Shown here: one piece after another, positions 10,563 to 18,474 of the stretch
Layout: the number at the start of each line of letters is the position of its first letter
How positions within the stretch are numbered: position 1 is the stretch's first letter
Assembly: GCA_963774265.1 (NCBI GenBank)
Contig: CAVZDU010000001.1
Span: 448,001-512,000, forward strand
DNA length: 64,000 nucleotides
Direction of reading: 5' to 3'
Source: an uncultured Chloroflexia bacterium
Lineage (GTDB): Bacteria; Chloroflexota; Anaerolineae; CG2-30-64-16
The notes under the pieces: generated by a model
The model's input: the letters and a program-made list of their open reading frames with translations, nothing else
Database searches by the model: none
What the model was told of the DNA's origin: nothing
Made by a program: the position numbers and the translations under genes

Positions 10563-11252
10563 TCAGTTAGGCAACAGCGTGCCGCTGAAACCGAACTGCA
10601 CCGTTTCTGGCCAGTCCTTGCTGCCCACCATCCAGGTCAGGAGGGCGTTCTCGCGGCCCAACAGCTTCAACTCATCGGATAGCATCTGAGCCAGCGAGTC
10701 GGATCCCAACAACTCCTGCTTCTCCTTGTTATCTATCTGCATCGTCACCGCCGCCAGGTAGCCGATTTGCTGAGATGCTGAAGGAATCTCTTCGATCTGG
10801 ATTTGCAGACCGGCGGCATCGGCGATCAGTTTGATATAGCGCTCCACTTGCCCGCGCACCCGCCCGGCAACAGCGTCCACTGCTGCCGGGTCGGACGGGT
10901 CGATCATGGGCGAGGACAGGACTTCACCTCGCAGATAGGGCTGGTCATGCAACAATCGGCGGATTCGAAATCGCTCCACACCAACTGACACGATGTTCAT
11001 CGTCCCATTGTCCAGATGCGTGCTCTCAATGATGCGGGCCATGGTGCCGACTGTGTATGGCTCGGCAGTATCTCCGACCTCCTGCCCACGCTTAATCAAC
11101 ACCACGCCGAATGGAATATCCTGCGCCAGGCAATGGCGGATCATCAACCGGTATCGGTCTTCAAAGATGTGCAGCGGCAGCACCTGACCCGGGAACAAGA
11201 CGGTGTTCAACGGGAAGAGGGGCAGCTCGATCGCCTCAATCATCTCATCCAT
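10563..11252 (-). CDS. LON peptidase N-terminal substrate-binding domain protein
   Basis: LPLFPLNTVLFPGQVLPLHIFEDRYRLMI, PFGVVLI, GVERFRI; no ATPase or protease domain. Confidence 0.9.
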   Translation of the reverse strand: MDEMIEAIELPLFPLNTVLFPGQVLPLHIFEDRYRLMIRHCLAQDIPFGVVLIKRGQEVGDTAEPYTVGTMARIIESTHLDNGTMNIVSVGVERFRIRRLLHDQPYLRGEVLSSPMIDPSDPAAVDAVAGRVRGQVERYIKLIADAAGLQIQIEEIPSASQQIGYLAAVTMQIDNKEKQELLGSDSLAQMLSDELKLLGRENALLTWMVGSKDWPETVQFGFSGTLLPN

Positions 11253-11263
11253 ACGATATGGTC

Positions 11264-11953
11264 TCAGTCCAGTGTACCCGCAGCGAGACGCAGCCCTGGC
11301 ACATCACGCAATTCAATCTTCCGGTAGCCTAATTCGACCAGGCCCTCGTCCTTGAATCCGCGCAGGATCGCGCTGATCGTCTCGCGATAGGTGCCAAGCA
11401 TGTCGGCCAGCGCCTGATGGCTCGTGCCGCGAATCGCCCTGCCGCCATTGGCCAACTCAAGCAACAGGCCGGCCAGGCGCTCCGGCAGCCGCTTGTAGGC
11501 CACTTCTTCCATCCGATTCTCAACCTGCGCCAATCGCTGGCCGACCGTTTGTAACAGCCCCCAGCTCAAAACGGGATACCGCAGTGCGAGACTCTGCGCT
11601 TGTAGCTGGGGCACCGCCCACAGGATGCAATCCGTCAATGCAATTGCTTTTACACACGGATCGACGGCGCCCAGGAGCGCACCCTCACCGAACATCGCCC
11701 CAGGTCCCAGGGTGGCAATCGCCAGCCGCCGACCATTCGGGCCTTCATGAATTAGCTGCACGCGCCCTTTCATCAAAGTATACAGGTTACGTCCCAATTG
11801 CTCAGGGCCTGCAACGTGTTGCCCCACGCGGAACGACTGCGCCGTAATTGCCTCTTTGAACTCTGGATCGTCCTCACGGAGCTCGATCAAGATCTCCGGC
11901 AGCGACCTCTGCTTTCCTCGCTGAAACATCTGCATCCTTCCTTCCTCTGCCAT
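11264..11953 (-). CDS. Crp/Fnr family transcriptional regulator (LdrP-like context)
   Basis: LMKGRVQL...LGPGAMFGEGAL cNMP-fold; HTH SHQALADMLGTYRETISAIL. Confidence 0.9.
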   Translation of the reverse strand: MAEEGRMQMFQRGKQRSLPEILIELREDDPEFKEAITAQSFRVGQHVAGPEQLGRNLYTLMKGRVQLIHEGPNGRRLAIATLGPGAMFGEGALLGAVDPCVKAIALTDCILWAVPQLQAQSLALRYPVLSWGLLQTVGQRLAQVENRMEEVAYKRLPERLAGLLLELANGGRAIRGTSHQALADMLGTYRETISAILRGFKDEGLVELGYRKIELRDVPGLRLAAGTLD

Positions 11954-11983
11954 CTCTCCACACAACCACTACAAGTGTAAGAA

Positions 11984-12023
11984 ACTATACTACAGAAGCA
12001 CCCCACCGTCAATGCTTTGTCGA
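11984..12023 (-). promoter_or_regulatory. Sigma70 promoter of crp gene with CarH-type repeat at -35
   Basis: TTGACG (12012-12007), 17 bp spacer, TATAGT (11989-11984); TCGACA lies 11 bp upstream of TTGACG. Confidence 0.6.
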
Positions 12024-12039
12024 GACTCTTAATGTACCC

Positions 12040-13056
12040 TTAAGGGTTTGCCGAGTCATTGCGCGCTGAAAGGCGGATAGTCCCTGGCTCAACAACAGGG
12101 CTTCGCGAGAGCAGCATCATGATTTGCTCGACTCCCTCGCGGGCGTTCTCGCCGAGGAAAACGCCTGGGATCCGGGTCCGCAAAGCAGGCTCGACGTTAA
12201 AGATCCGACCGCCAAAAGCAAACACCGGCTGCGGCCTGCGCATCCCTTGGATTGCCTGGCCGATCGTCACCAGACCTGCGGCAGTTTCTGCTGTCGTTGC
12301 CGCCATAACAATCATCGCCGGGCTCAGCCGTACCATCTCCTCGACAAACCGGTCCGCAGGCACATTCTGGCCCAAATAGATCGTGTTGACATGACGTCGC
12401 CGGAGCATAAGGTGGATCAACAATAAGCCCAGTTCGTGCCAATCACCGGGAGCGCAGCCCAGTACTACCAGCGGCCCATTGCTGGGCTGTTGGACGGCGT
12501 TAATGATAGATTCCAGCTTGCGTCGAAGATAGTTGCTAGCGAAATGCTCAGTCGCCGTGCTCACGCGGTTCTCATGCCACATGTCACCGACCTGGACCAT
12601 GGCGGGGGCTAGGATGCTCTCAGCAACCAGCTCCAAACCGTACACCGCAAAGGCTTCTTCGAGCACCCGGTCGGCCCGGCTCTCATCGTAGCGGATCAAC
12701 GCAGATAGCAAGGCATCTCGGGACTCGCGTGGGCCCTGCAGGGGTCTACTGCGACCCACAGTATCCCAGGCGAGCGTAGCTACACGCGTAGGTTGAAGAG
12801 TCAGAAGGTTGATAGCCTGGCTGATATTCATGCCCTCATCAACGCGCGCTTTAAGCCACCTTAGGACAGTAATATCGCGGCCGGAGTAAAGACGATAACC
12901 GCTCGCGGTGCGACCGGGAGAGAGCGCTCGATATCGTCGCTCCCAGGCGCGCAGCGTGGCAGCGGGCAGCCCGGTGGCTTCCACTACTGCTTTGATATTG
13001 TAGATGGGTTGGTCTTCGTGCTCCTGGTTGGCTTCCGTCATGCCATGAGATCCCAT
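12040..13056 (-). CDS. MerR-family B12-binding regulator (CarH/LitR-type)
   Basis: MerR HTH (TLRAWERRY, RTASGYRLYS), W-x9-EH motif (WHENRVSTATEH), B12-binding DWHELG...IYLGQNVP. Confidence 0.92.
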   Translation of the reverse strand: MGSHGMTEANQEHEDQPIYNIKAVVEATGLPAATLRAWERRYRALSPGRTASGYRLYSGRDITVLRWLKARVDEGMNISQAINLLTLQPTRVATLAWDTVGRSRPLQGPRESRDALLSALIRYDESRADRVLEEAFAVYGLELVAESILAPAMVQVGDMWHENRVSTATEHFASNYLRRKLESIINAVQQPSNGPLVVLGCAPGDWHELGLLLIHLMLRRRHVNTIYLGQNVPADRFVEEMVRLSPAMIVMAATTAETAAGLVTIGQAIQGMRRPQPVFAFGGRIFNVEPALRTRIPGVFLGENAREGVEQIMMLLSRSPVVEPGTIRLSARNDSANP

Positions 13057-13121
13057 TTCAATGCACCCCCGCGAGTAGAAAGAAAAAGCCGTCCATGTGA
13101 ATACTCTTCACATTTATCTGA

Positions 13122-13172
13122 ATGATAGCACGTTTTTGATTCTTTGTCAATAGTTTGTATATGGTTTGGAAA
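13122..13172 (-). promoter_or_regulatory. Promoter overlapped by four 11-bp-phased CarH-type operator repeats
   Basis: TTGACA (13150-13145), 17 bp spacer, TATCAT (13127-13122); TTTCCA, TATACA, TTGACA and TCAAAA recur exactly every 11 bp. Confidence 0.72.
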
Positions 13173-13185
13173 ATGGGCTTAAACG

Positions 13186-13220
13186 AAAAGAAATCCGTAG
13201 TTCTCGTCCTACGGATTCCT
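13186..13220 (-). terminator. Intrinsic terminator after second MerR/B12 gene
   Basis: Minus strand AATCCGTAG-GACGAGAA-CTACGGATT followed by TCTTTT. Confidence 0.7.
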
Positions 13221-13245
13221 GATATTGGCTGGTAAAGGGGTCAAA

Positions 13246-14196
13246 TCAGCCGATGATGCCGATCAACTCTCTGGCGCTTCCTACGACCAGCGCATCCTTA
13301 AAGCGCTGGGCCAGCTCAGGACGGCCTTTGAAGCCGCAGCCGCCAAAGGCGAGTCGCGGACGCGGCTCGGGTAGTGCTGTAACCAATTCATATACTTCTG
13401 CCAACGCGGCGACGCTGTCACCGGTCGCGGCGGAGAGGCACAGCAAGTCAGGCTTGAGTTTGCGCACTTCACGCCACAAATGCTCCAGAGGCACGTTCTG
13501 GCCCAGATAGATGACGCGCCAGCCGTGCCGGCGAAGTGCCAGCGAAACCATCAAGGCCCCAATATCGTGCCATTCCGACGGCGCCGCCCCTGTGATAGCT
13601 AAGAGGCCCGCGGTTGGCTGTGGGTAGGCGTCAAACAACGACGTCAGGCGGCGTCTCAGGAAGGCCGTCGCAAAATGCTCCTGGACGATGCTCACCTCCC
13701 CGCGATGCCAGCCTTCACCGATCTCAACAAGGGTGGGTGCGATAATCTCTTCGGCCACCACGTCAACCGGATGTAACGCGAACGCCTCACTCAGGATAGC
13801 TTCTGATTGCGCCTCCTGGAAGGAGCTCAATGCTGCAACGAGTTCATCGGCGATGGCGCTCGGGCAGCGCACAGTCTCCGCGGGCGTTGTCGTACCAGAC
13901 ACGTGATCGACTTCCAACTCGGGTGCTCCACCCGCCTGGCGTCGCATTTCCAGTAACGCCACTGCGCGGCTGATTGAAACCCCCGCATCCACCTGGTTTT
14001 TCAACCAGTGAAGGGTTGCAATATCCCGTTCCGAATAGAGCCGATAACCACCATCGCTGCGACCAGGCGATAGCACGCCATAGCGTCGCTCCCACGCGCG
14101 CAACGTGGCAGGTGCAATCCCGGTCTCCAGGACGACCGTCTTGATCGTGTAGACCGGCATATCGTCGTAGCCGCTTAAGCGAGGTTCATCCGCCAT
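13246..14196 (-). CDS. Second MerR-family B12-binding regulator (CarH/LitR-type)
   Basis: TLRAWERRYG, RSDGGYRLYS, WHRGEVSIVQEH, EWHDIG...IYLGQNVP. Confidence 0.92.
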   Translation of the reverse strand: MADEPRLSGYDDMPVYTIKTVVLETGIAPATLRAWERRYGVLSPGRSDGGYRLYSERDIATLHWLKNQVDAGVSISRAVALLEMRRQAGGAPELEVDHVSGTTTPAETVRCPSAIADELVAALSSFQEAQSEAILSEAFALHPVDVVAEEIIAPTLVEIGEGWHRGEVSIVQEHFATAFLRRRLTSLFDAYPQPTAGLLAITGAAPSEWHDIGALMVSLALRRHGWRVIYLGQNVPLEHLWREVRKLKPDLLCLSAATGDSVAALAEVYELVTALPEPRPRLAFGGCGFKGRPELAQRFKDALVVGSARELIGIIG

Positions 14197-14234
14197 TGCG
14201 CATTCTCTCCCCTGCTTCGTACAGGGCCCACACT

Positions 14235-15017
14235 TCAGGCCTGCGTCGCAGCCTCCAACGCCTCGACAATACGCTCGGCTGCTGCGACAAGCTCCGGCGC
14301 CTGATCGAACACCGCCAATCCGCCCTGATCTGCGGCTACAGCATCCGCCGTAAACGGCAGGCTGCCCAGCAACGGCAGTCCGCCGGCTCGCGAGCGAATG
14401 AACTCCTCATCCTGCGGCCCACGCGTCTTGTTTGCCACAAGGAAGATCCGCGGCACGCCGATCTCTGACGCCAGGAAGCGAATTTGCTCCGCGGTGCCCA
14501 GGCTGCGAAGCCCTGGCTCGACCACGATTACAAAAGCATCGACTGCGCCGGCAGTGCCTCGGCCCAGGTGCTCGATGCCGGCTTCCATATCGAGAATCAG
14601 GGTTTGATCCTTGCGCAGCAGCAGGTGCGTCACCAGCGCCTTCAGCAATGCGTTTTCCGGGCAGAGACAACCGGCGCCGCCGGTGCGCACCGTGCCGAGT
14701 CGCAGGAGCTTCACCCCGCGATACGTGATACTCAGAGTCTCGGGAATGTCGTCGACCTTGGGATTCAGCTTAAACCAACCGCCGACCGTGCCGGGCTGTG
14801 CGCCGGTCCGCTCATAGATCAGCTCTTCCATCTCGGAAATCGGCTTGAGATCCGCGTCCAATTGCGCGGAAAGACCAAACGCCAAGCCGAGGTTGCCAGC
14901 GGGATCCGCATCGATCGCGATGACGTCTTTCCCGCGCCGCTGATAAACGTATGAGAGGAGCGCGGTGAGCGTTGTCTTACCCACCCCACCCTTACCGGTG
15001 ATTGCAATCTTAGGCAT
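14235..15017 (-). CDS. cooC: CooC/AcsF-family nickel-insertion ATPase (MinD-like)
   Basis: KIAITGKGGVGKTT, IDADP, FKLNPKVDDIP, GCLCPEN (CxC metal site), DMEAGIEHLGRGT. Confidence 0.88.
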   Translation of the reverse strand: MPKIAITGKGGVGKTTLTALLSYVYQRRGKDVIAIDADPAGNLGLAFGLSAQLDADLKPISEMEELIYERTGAQPGTVGGWFKLNPKVDDIPETLSITYRGVKLLRLGTVRTGGAGCLCPENALLKALVTHLLLRKDQTLILDMEAGIEHLGRGTAGAVDAFVIVVEPGLRSLGTAEQIRFLASEIGVPRIFLVANKTRGPQDEEFIRSRAGGLPLLGSLPFTADAVAADQGGLAVFDQAPELVAAAERIVEALEAATQA

Positions 15018-15333
15018 GTAAGTTTCCTTAAATGAGGTTCGCTGCCGTCAGTCTCAAAACACGTGCATGGTTGAACGCACGTCTAACGTTTCCGATTCTC
15101 CACGGCTTGCCGTAATGAACTTCTATGAACAAAGATAGCACATAGCCTGCATCTTGACAGGCAGGAATAATACATTCCTGTAATTGGATGATTTCGGGGG
15201 AAAATCAGACCCGGCTGCGCGGTGCGCATCCTTGCGCTCACGCAACCGGGTCTACGACTGCCTTACTCGCCTTTGAGACTAAGCTCGTCGCATGGTGAAA
15301 CCTGCAGTCAGACCTTCGAGGCCTGCGATCGGG

Positions 15334-16029
15334 TTAGATCCGCTCAAAACGGGCGGCCTCCAGGACAAAGACCGTTGCCCCGTACATCGGCATGCCGGAC
15401 TCAACCGGATTGGCTTGGGCTCGTTTTCGGACGCTTGTGTCGATCACGCCAAGCACGTCATCCACCTGAGCTTGTTCGACGCCAACTAGCAGTGTGACAT
15501 TTCCGCGGCGGAAGAAGCCGCCCGCGGTGTTCATGCGAGTTACCCGATAACCAGAAGCGATCAGCGCGCGGGTGACGGGTTCGGCATCGTCGGCTGCGAC
15601 AATGCTGACGACCATATGCATTGCGTTTCCTCCTCCGCCCGATGGGCCGCCCTTCGATCCCGGCTTAGGACCCTCAAGAGCCTTGCCGCGACCAAGGCGT
15701 TCAAACTGTACGACGGGGATCATGAAGACCGTTGCGCCGCCCACGATCACTTCGAGGGGATAAGCGGGCGCCGCCATAGAAAGATGGGCAGGCTCTGCGC
15801 CAGAGGGCAATGGATTAATGTAGCGTTTTCTCGTGTGACACGTTTTACGCACGATCTCCATGACCCTCTCGACTTCATCCTCCTGCGCTCCCACCAAGCA
15901 GGTGACGTTGACACGCGAAAGGAAGCCGCCGATCGTGTTGAGCCGGGTGACACGCACGCCAGCATTGTTCAGACGCCTCGTCAAAACATCTGCGTCCTCG
16001 CTTTGGATGATGAGGAACATCAAATACAT
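15334..16029 (-). CDS. Tandem two-domain DarA/PstA-like (DUF970 x2) PII-like protein
   Basis: Two repeats: TRLNTIGGFLSRVNVT...VGGATVFMIPV and TRMNTAGGFFRRGNVT...YGATVFVLEA, joined by a Gly/Pro linker. Confidence 0.82.
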   Translation of the reverse strand: MYLMFLIIQSEDADVLTRRLNNAGVRVTRLNTIGGFLSRVNVTCLVGAQEDEVERVMEIVRKTCHTRKRYINPLPSGAEPAHLSMAAPAYPLEVIVGGATVFMIPVVQFERLGRGKALEGPKPGSKGGPSGGGGNAMHMVVSIVAADDAEPVTRALIASGYRVTRMNTAGGFFRRGNVTLLVGVEQAQVDDVLGVIDTSVRKRAQANPVESGMPMYGATVFVLEAARFERI

Positions 16030-16248
16030 GGCGGTCTCCGAGGTAGCAGAGGTGCACACAGGTGAATTTCTGGATACTTGGGCCGAGCACAACTGCCAGT
16101 GTCCTTGTCTTTTACCCGCGAGTTGGCGTATTGTCAAGTGCAATGCTTTGCTCGCACCAGTTCACCCGCGAAACCCACCGGCCCTTTGCTCGTATAGTTA
16201 CGTGAAAGCGAAACACAACATTCAGCCAGCCGGCAAGGGAGACATAGC

Positions 16249-16509
16249 ATGACTGAGCAGAAAACACGGACCGAAGAATTCCAGATGCAGGGCGAACAGA
16301 TCGTCGGCAAGATCAAGGAATTGGTGCGGCAGGGCAATATCCGCCACATCTCGATCAGGAACGATGAAGGAAAGACCCTGGTGGACATTCCACTGACTCT
16401 GGGCGTTGTAGGCGCGCTCTTCCTTCCGCAGTTGGCAGCGCTGGGAGCAATCGCAGCCCTGGTCACCAGCTGCACCATCGTCGTGGAGAAGACCGACGAG
16501 GAAGCCTAA
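16249..16509 (+). CDS. DUF4342-like small protein
   Basis: KIKELVRQGNIRHISI...LVDIPLTLGVVG...CTIVVEK; AAGGGAG SD. Confidence 0.8.
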   Translation: MTEQKTRTEEFQMQGEQIVGKIKELVRQGNIRHISIRNDEGKTLVDIPLTLGVVGALFLPQLAALGAIAALVTSCTIVVEKTDEEA

Positions 16510-16531
16510 CGTGAACTAGACCGGCCAGGGC

Positions 16532-16560
16532 TTGACCGTAAGGTTGCCCCGCCCTATAAT
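16532..16560 (+). promoter_or_regulatory. Sigma70 promoter of selD
   Basis: TTGACC (16532-16537), 17 bp spacer, TATAAT (16555-16560). Confidence 0.7.
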
Positions 16561-16598
16561 TCCTCCCGCTCGGAGATAGATTCCGGGCGGGAGGAATT

Positions 16599-17648
16599 AT
16601 GACGCGCGAAGAAATCGTAAAGCTAACGAGCCTCAGCGCCTGCGCGGGCTGAGCGTCCAAGCTGCCGCCTGAGCAGCTCGCGCAGGTCCTGCGCTCACTC
16701 GAGAACCTTTTCCCTGCCGATCAGCATCCCGAGCTCCTGATCGGCTTGGGCGCGCCCGATGATGCCGCCGTGTACCGCCTGAATGACGAACAGGCGCTCA
16801 TCCAGACGGTGGACTTCTTCACGCCCATCGTCGACACGCCTTACGAATACGGCGCCATCGCAGCGGCTAACGCGTTAAGTGACGTGTACGCGATGGGTGG
16901 CGAAGTGTTGTTCGCACTCAATATCGCGGCATTCCCGCCCAATCTACCTTCCTCGGTCCTGGCAGAAATCCTCCGCGGTGGCGCTGAGGTGGTTCGCTCA
17001 GTAGGGGCAGCCATCGCTGGAGGGCACACGATCCAGGACAAAGAGCCAAAGTATGGCTTGGCCGTGACCGGCATCGTGCACCCCGACCACATCATAACGA
17101 AGGGCGGAGCACGTCCTGGTGACGCACTCGTGCTCACTAAGCCCCTGGGGACCGGGGTTATCACGACCGCGGTCAAGCGCGATCAGGTTGATCCTCAGCA
17201 CCTGGCCGCTACCATTCAAAGCATGATGCGCCTGAATCGGATTGCATCACAGGCTTGCCAGAGAACCGGCGTGAAAGCTGCAACCGATATTACGGGCTTT
17301 GGGTTGCTGGGCCATGCATTGGAGATGAGTGATGCGTCAGAGGTCCGCTTCCGCGTCCGATTCGACGATCTGCCGTGGCTGCCGGGCGCGTTGAAATATG
17401 CCGAGCAATGGGTCTTCGCAGGCGGCGCGTTCAGCAATCAGGCTTTCTACAAGTCGCTTGTGACGTTCTCCCGCCCTCTGACCGATTGGCAGCAGGTGCT
17501 TCTGCACGACCCACAAACCTCCGGCGGGCTGTTAGCTGCCGTCCCTACGGCACAGCTTAGGGCATTCCAGGCCTACTGCGCAGAACGCGAGCAATCTGTT
17601 TGGGTCATCGGCGAGGTGATGGAAGGCGAGGGGATCGAAATCGTGTGA
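16599..17648 (+). CDS. selD: Selenide, water dikinase, selenocysteine-containing (UGA at 16650-16652)
   Basis: GGAGG SD and ATG 16599: MTREEIVKLTSLSACAG-U-ASKL, in frame with DDAAVY, QTVDFFTPIVD, NALSDVYAMGG, TDITGFGLLGH, DPQTSGGLL. Confidence 0.93.
16670..16697 (+). promoter_or_regulatory. Bacterial SECIS-like hairpin in selD
   Basis: GCGCAG-GTC-CTGCGC (16680-16694) just downstream of the in-frame UGA, G-containing loop. Confidence 0.7.
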
Positions 17649-17656
17649 CGCGAGAC

Positions 17657-18466
17657 TCAGCGTTCGATCAGCACCTCAGGCGCGATTTCGAACCCGAACC
17701 GCCGCTTGAAACGGCGCAACACCCGCAAAATGGCGCCGCCAAACAGCAAGATCAAAGCTGCATTTCCGAGAGCACGCGCCGCGTCCCACCATAACGAGGT
17801 CACCACATAGAAAACTGCATAATTGCGCACAGCCTCCCACGCGCTCATCCCCGTCTGGAAGGCGCCTCCTTCTGCTGTCGCGCCAACGCCCCCCTGCATG
17901 AACGGCCAGAACCAGATGTTCATAATTGCGCCGAAGACCAGGCCCACGATGCCCCCAAAGACTGCCAGCATGACGGATTCCCAGCGCCGGTGGCTCGGAA
18001 ACTGCGGCAGGAAGCCGGACAATAAACCCGTCCAGCCAGTAGCGAACATCTGATAGGGCAACCACGGTCCTACACCACCCCCAATAAAGGCAGACACCAG
18101 TAGCGATAAGGAGCCGAGAAGAAAGCCGAAAGTGGGGCCATACGCGTAACCTGCCAGGATGGGCAGCACGAAGATCGCATTGAAGCCGGCCGGGCCCGGC
18201 ACCGCACGCAACACCGCATTGACCGCGGTCAGGACGCCCAGCACGGCGACCAATTTGCTGGTCATCTGCCTGCCTGCCAGATCGGCAAAAACAGCAGACA
18301 GGCACAGTCCAAGCAACACCACAGTGAGCAACGGCGCGTCATTGCTGTGCGCAGCCATACCATCGGACGCCAACGAAGGCAGAAAGAAGGGATAGAGGAA
18401 CGCCCCCAGTCCGATCAGGCTGGCGATGATCATGATAGCTGCGGAAACGGCCTTCTGCGAACGCAC
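17657..18466 (-). CDS. ECF transporter S component (predicted cobalamin)
   Basis: Polytopic membrane protein, GYAYGPTFGFLLG, GGGVGPWLPYQM, WWDAARA; last gene of the cobalamin-riboswitch operon. Confidence 0.85.
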   Translation of the reverse strand: MRSQKAVSAAIMIIASLIGLGAFLYPFFLPSLASDGMAAHSNDAPLLTVVLLGLCLSAVFADLAGRQMTSKLVAVLGVLTAVNAVLRAVPGPAGFNAIFVLPILAGYAYGPTFGFLLGSLSLLVSAFIGGGVGPWLPYQMFATGWTGLLSGFLPQFPSHRRWESVMLAVFGGIVGLVFGAIMNIWFWPFMQGGVGATAEGGAFQTGMSAWEAVRNYAVFYVVTSLWWDAARALGNAALILLFGGAILRVLRRFKRRFGFEIAPEVLIER

Positions 18467-18474
18467 GCGCCCCC

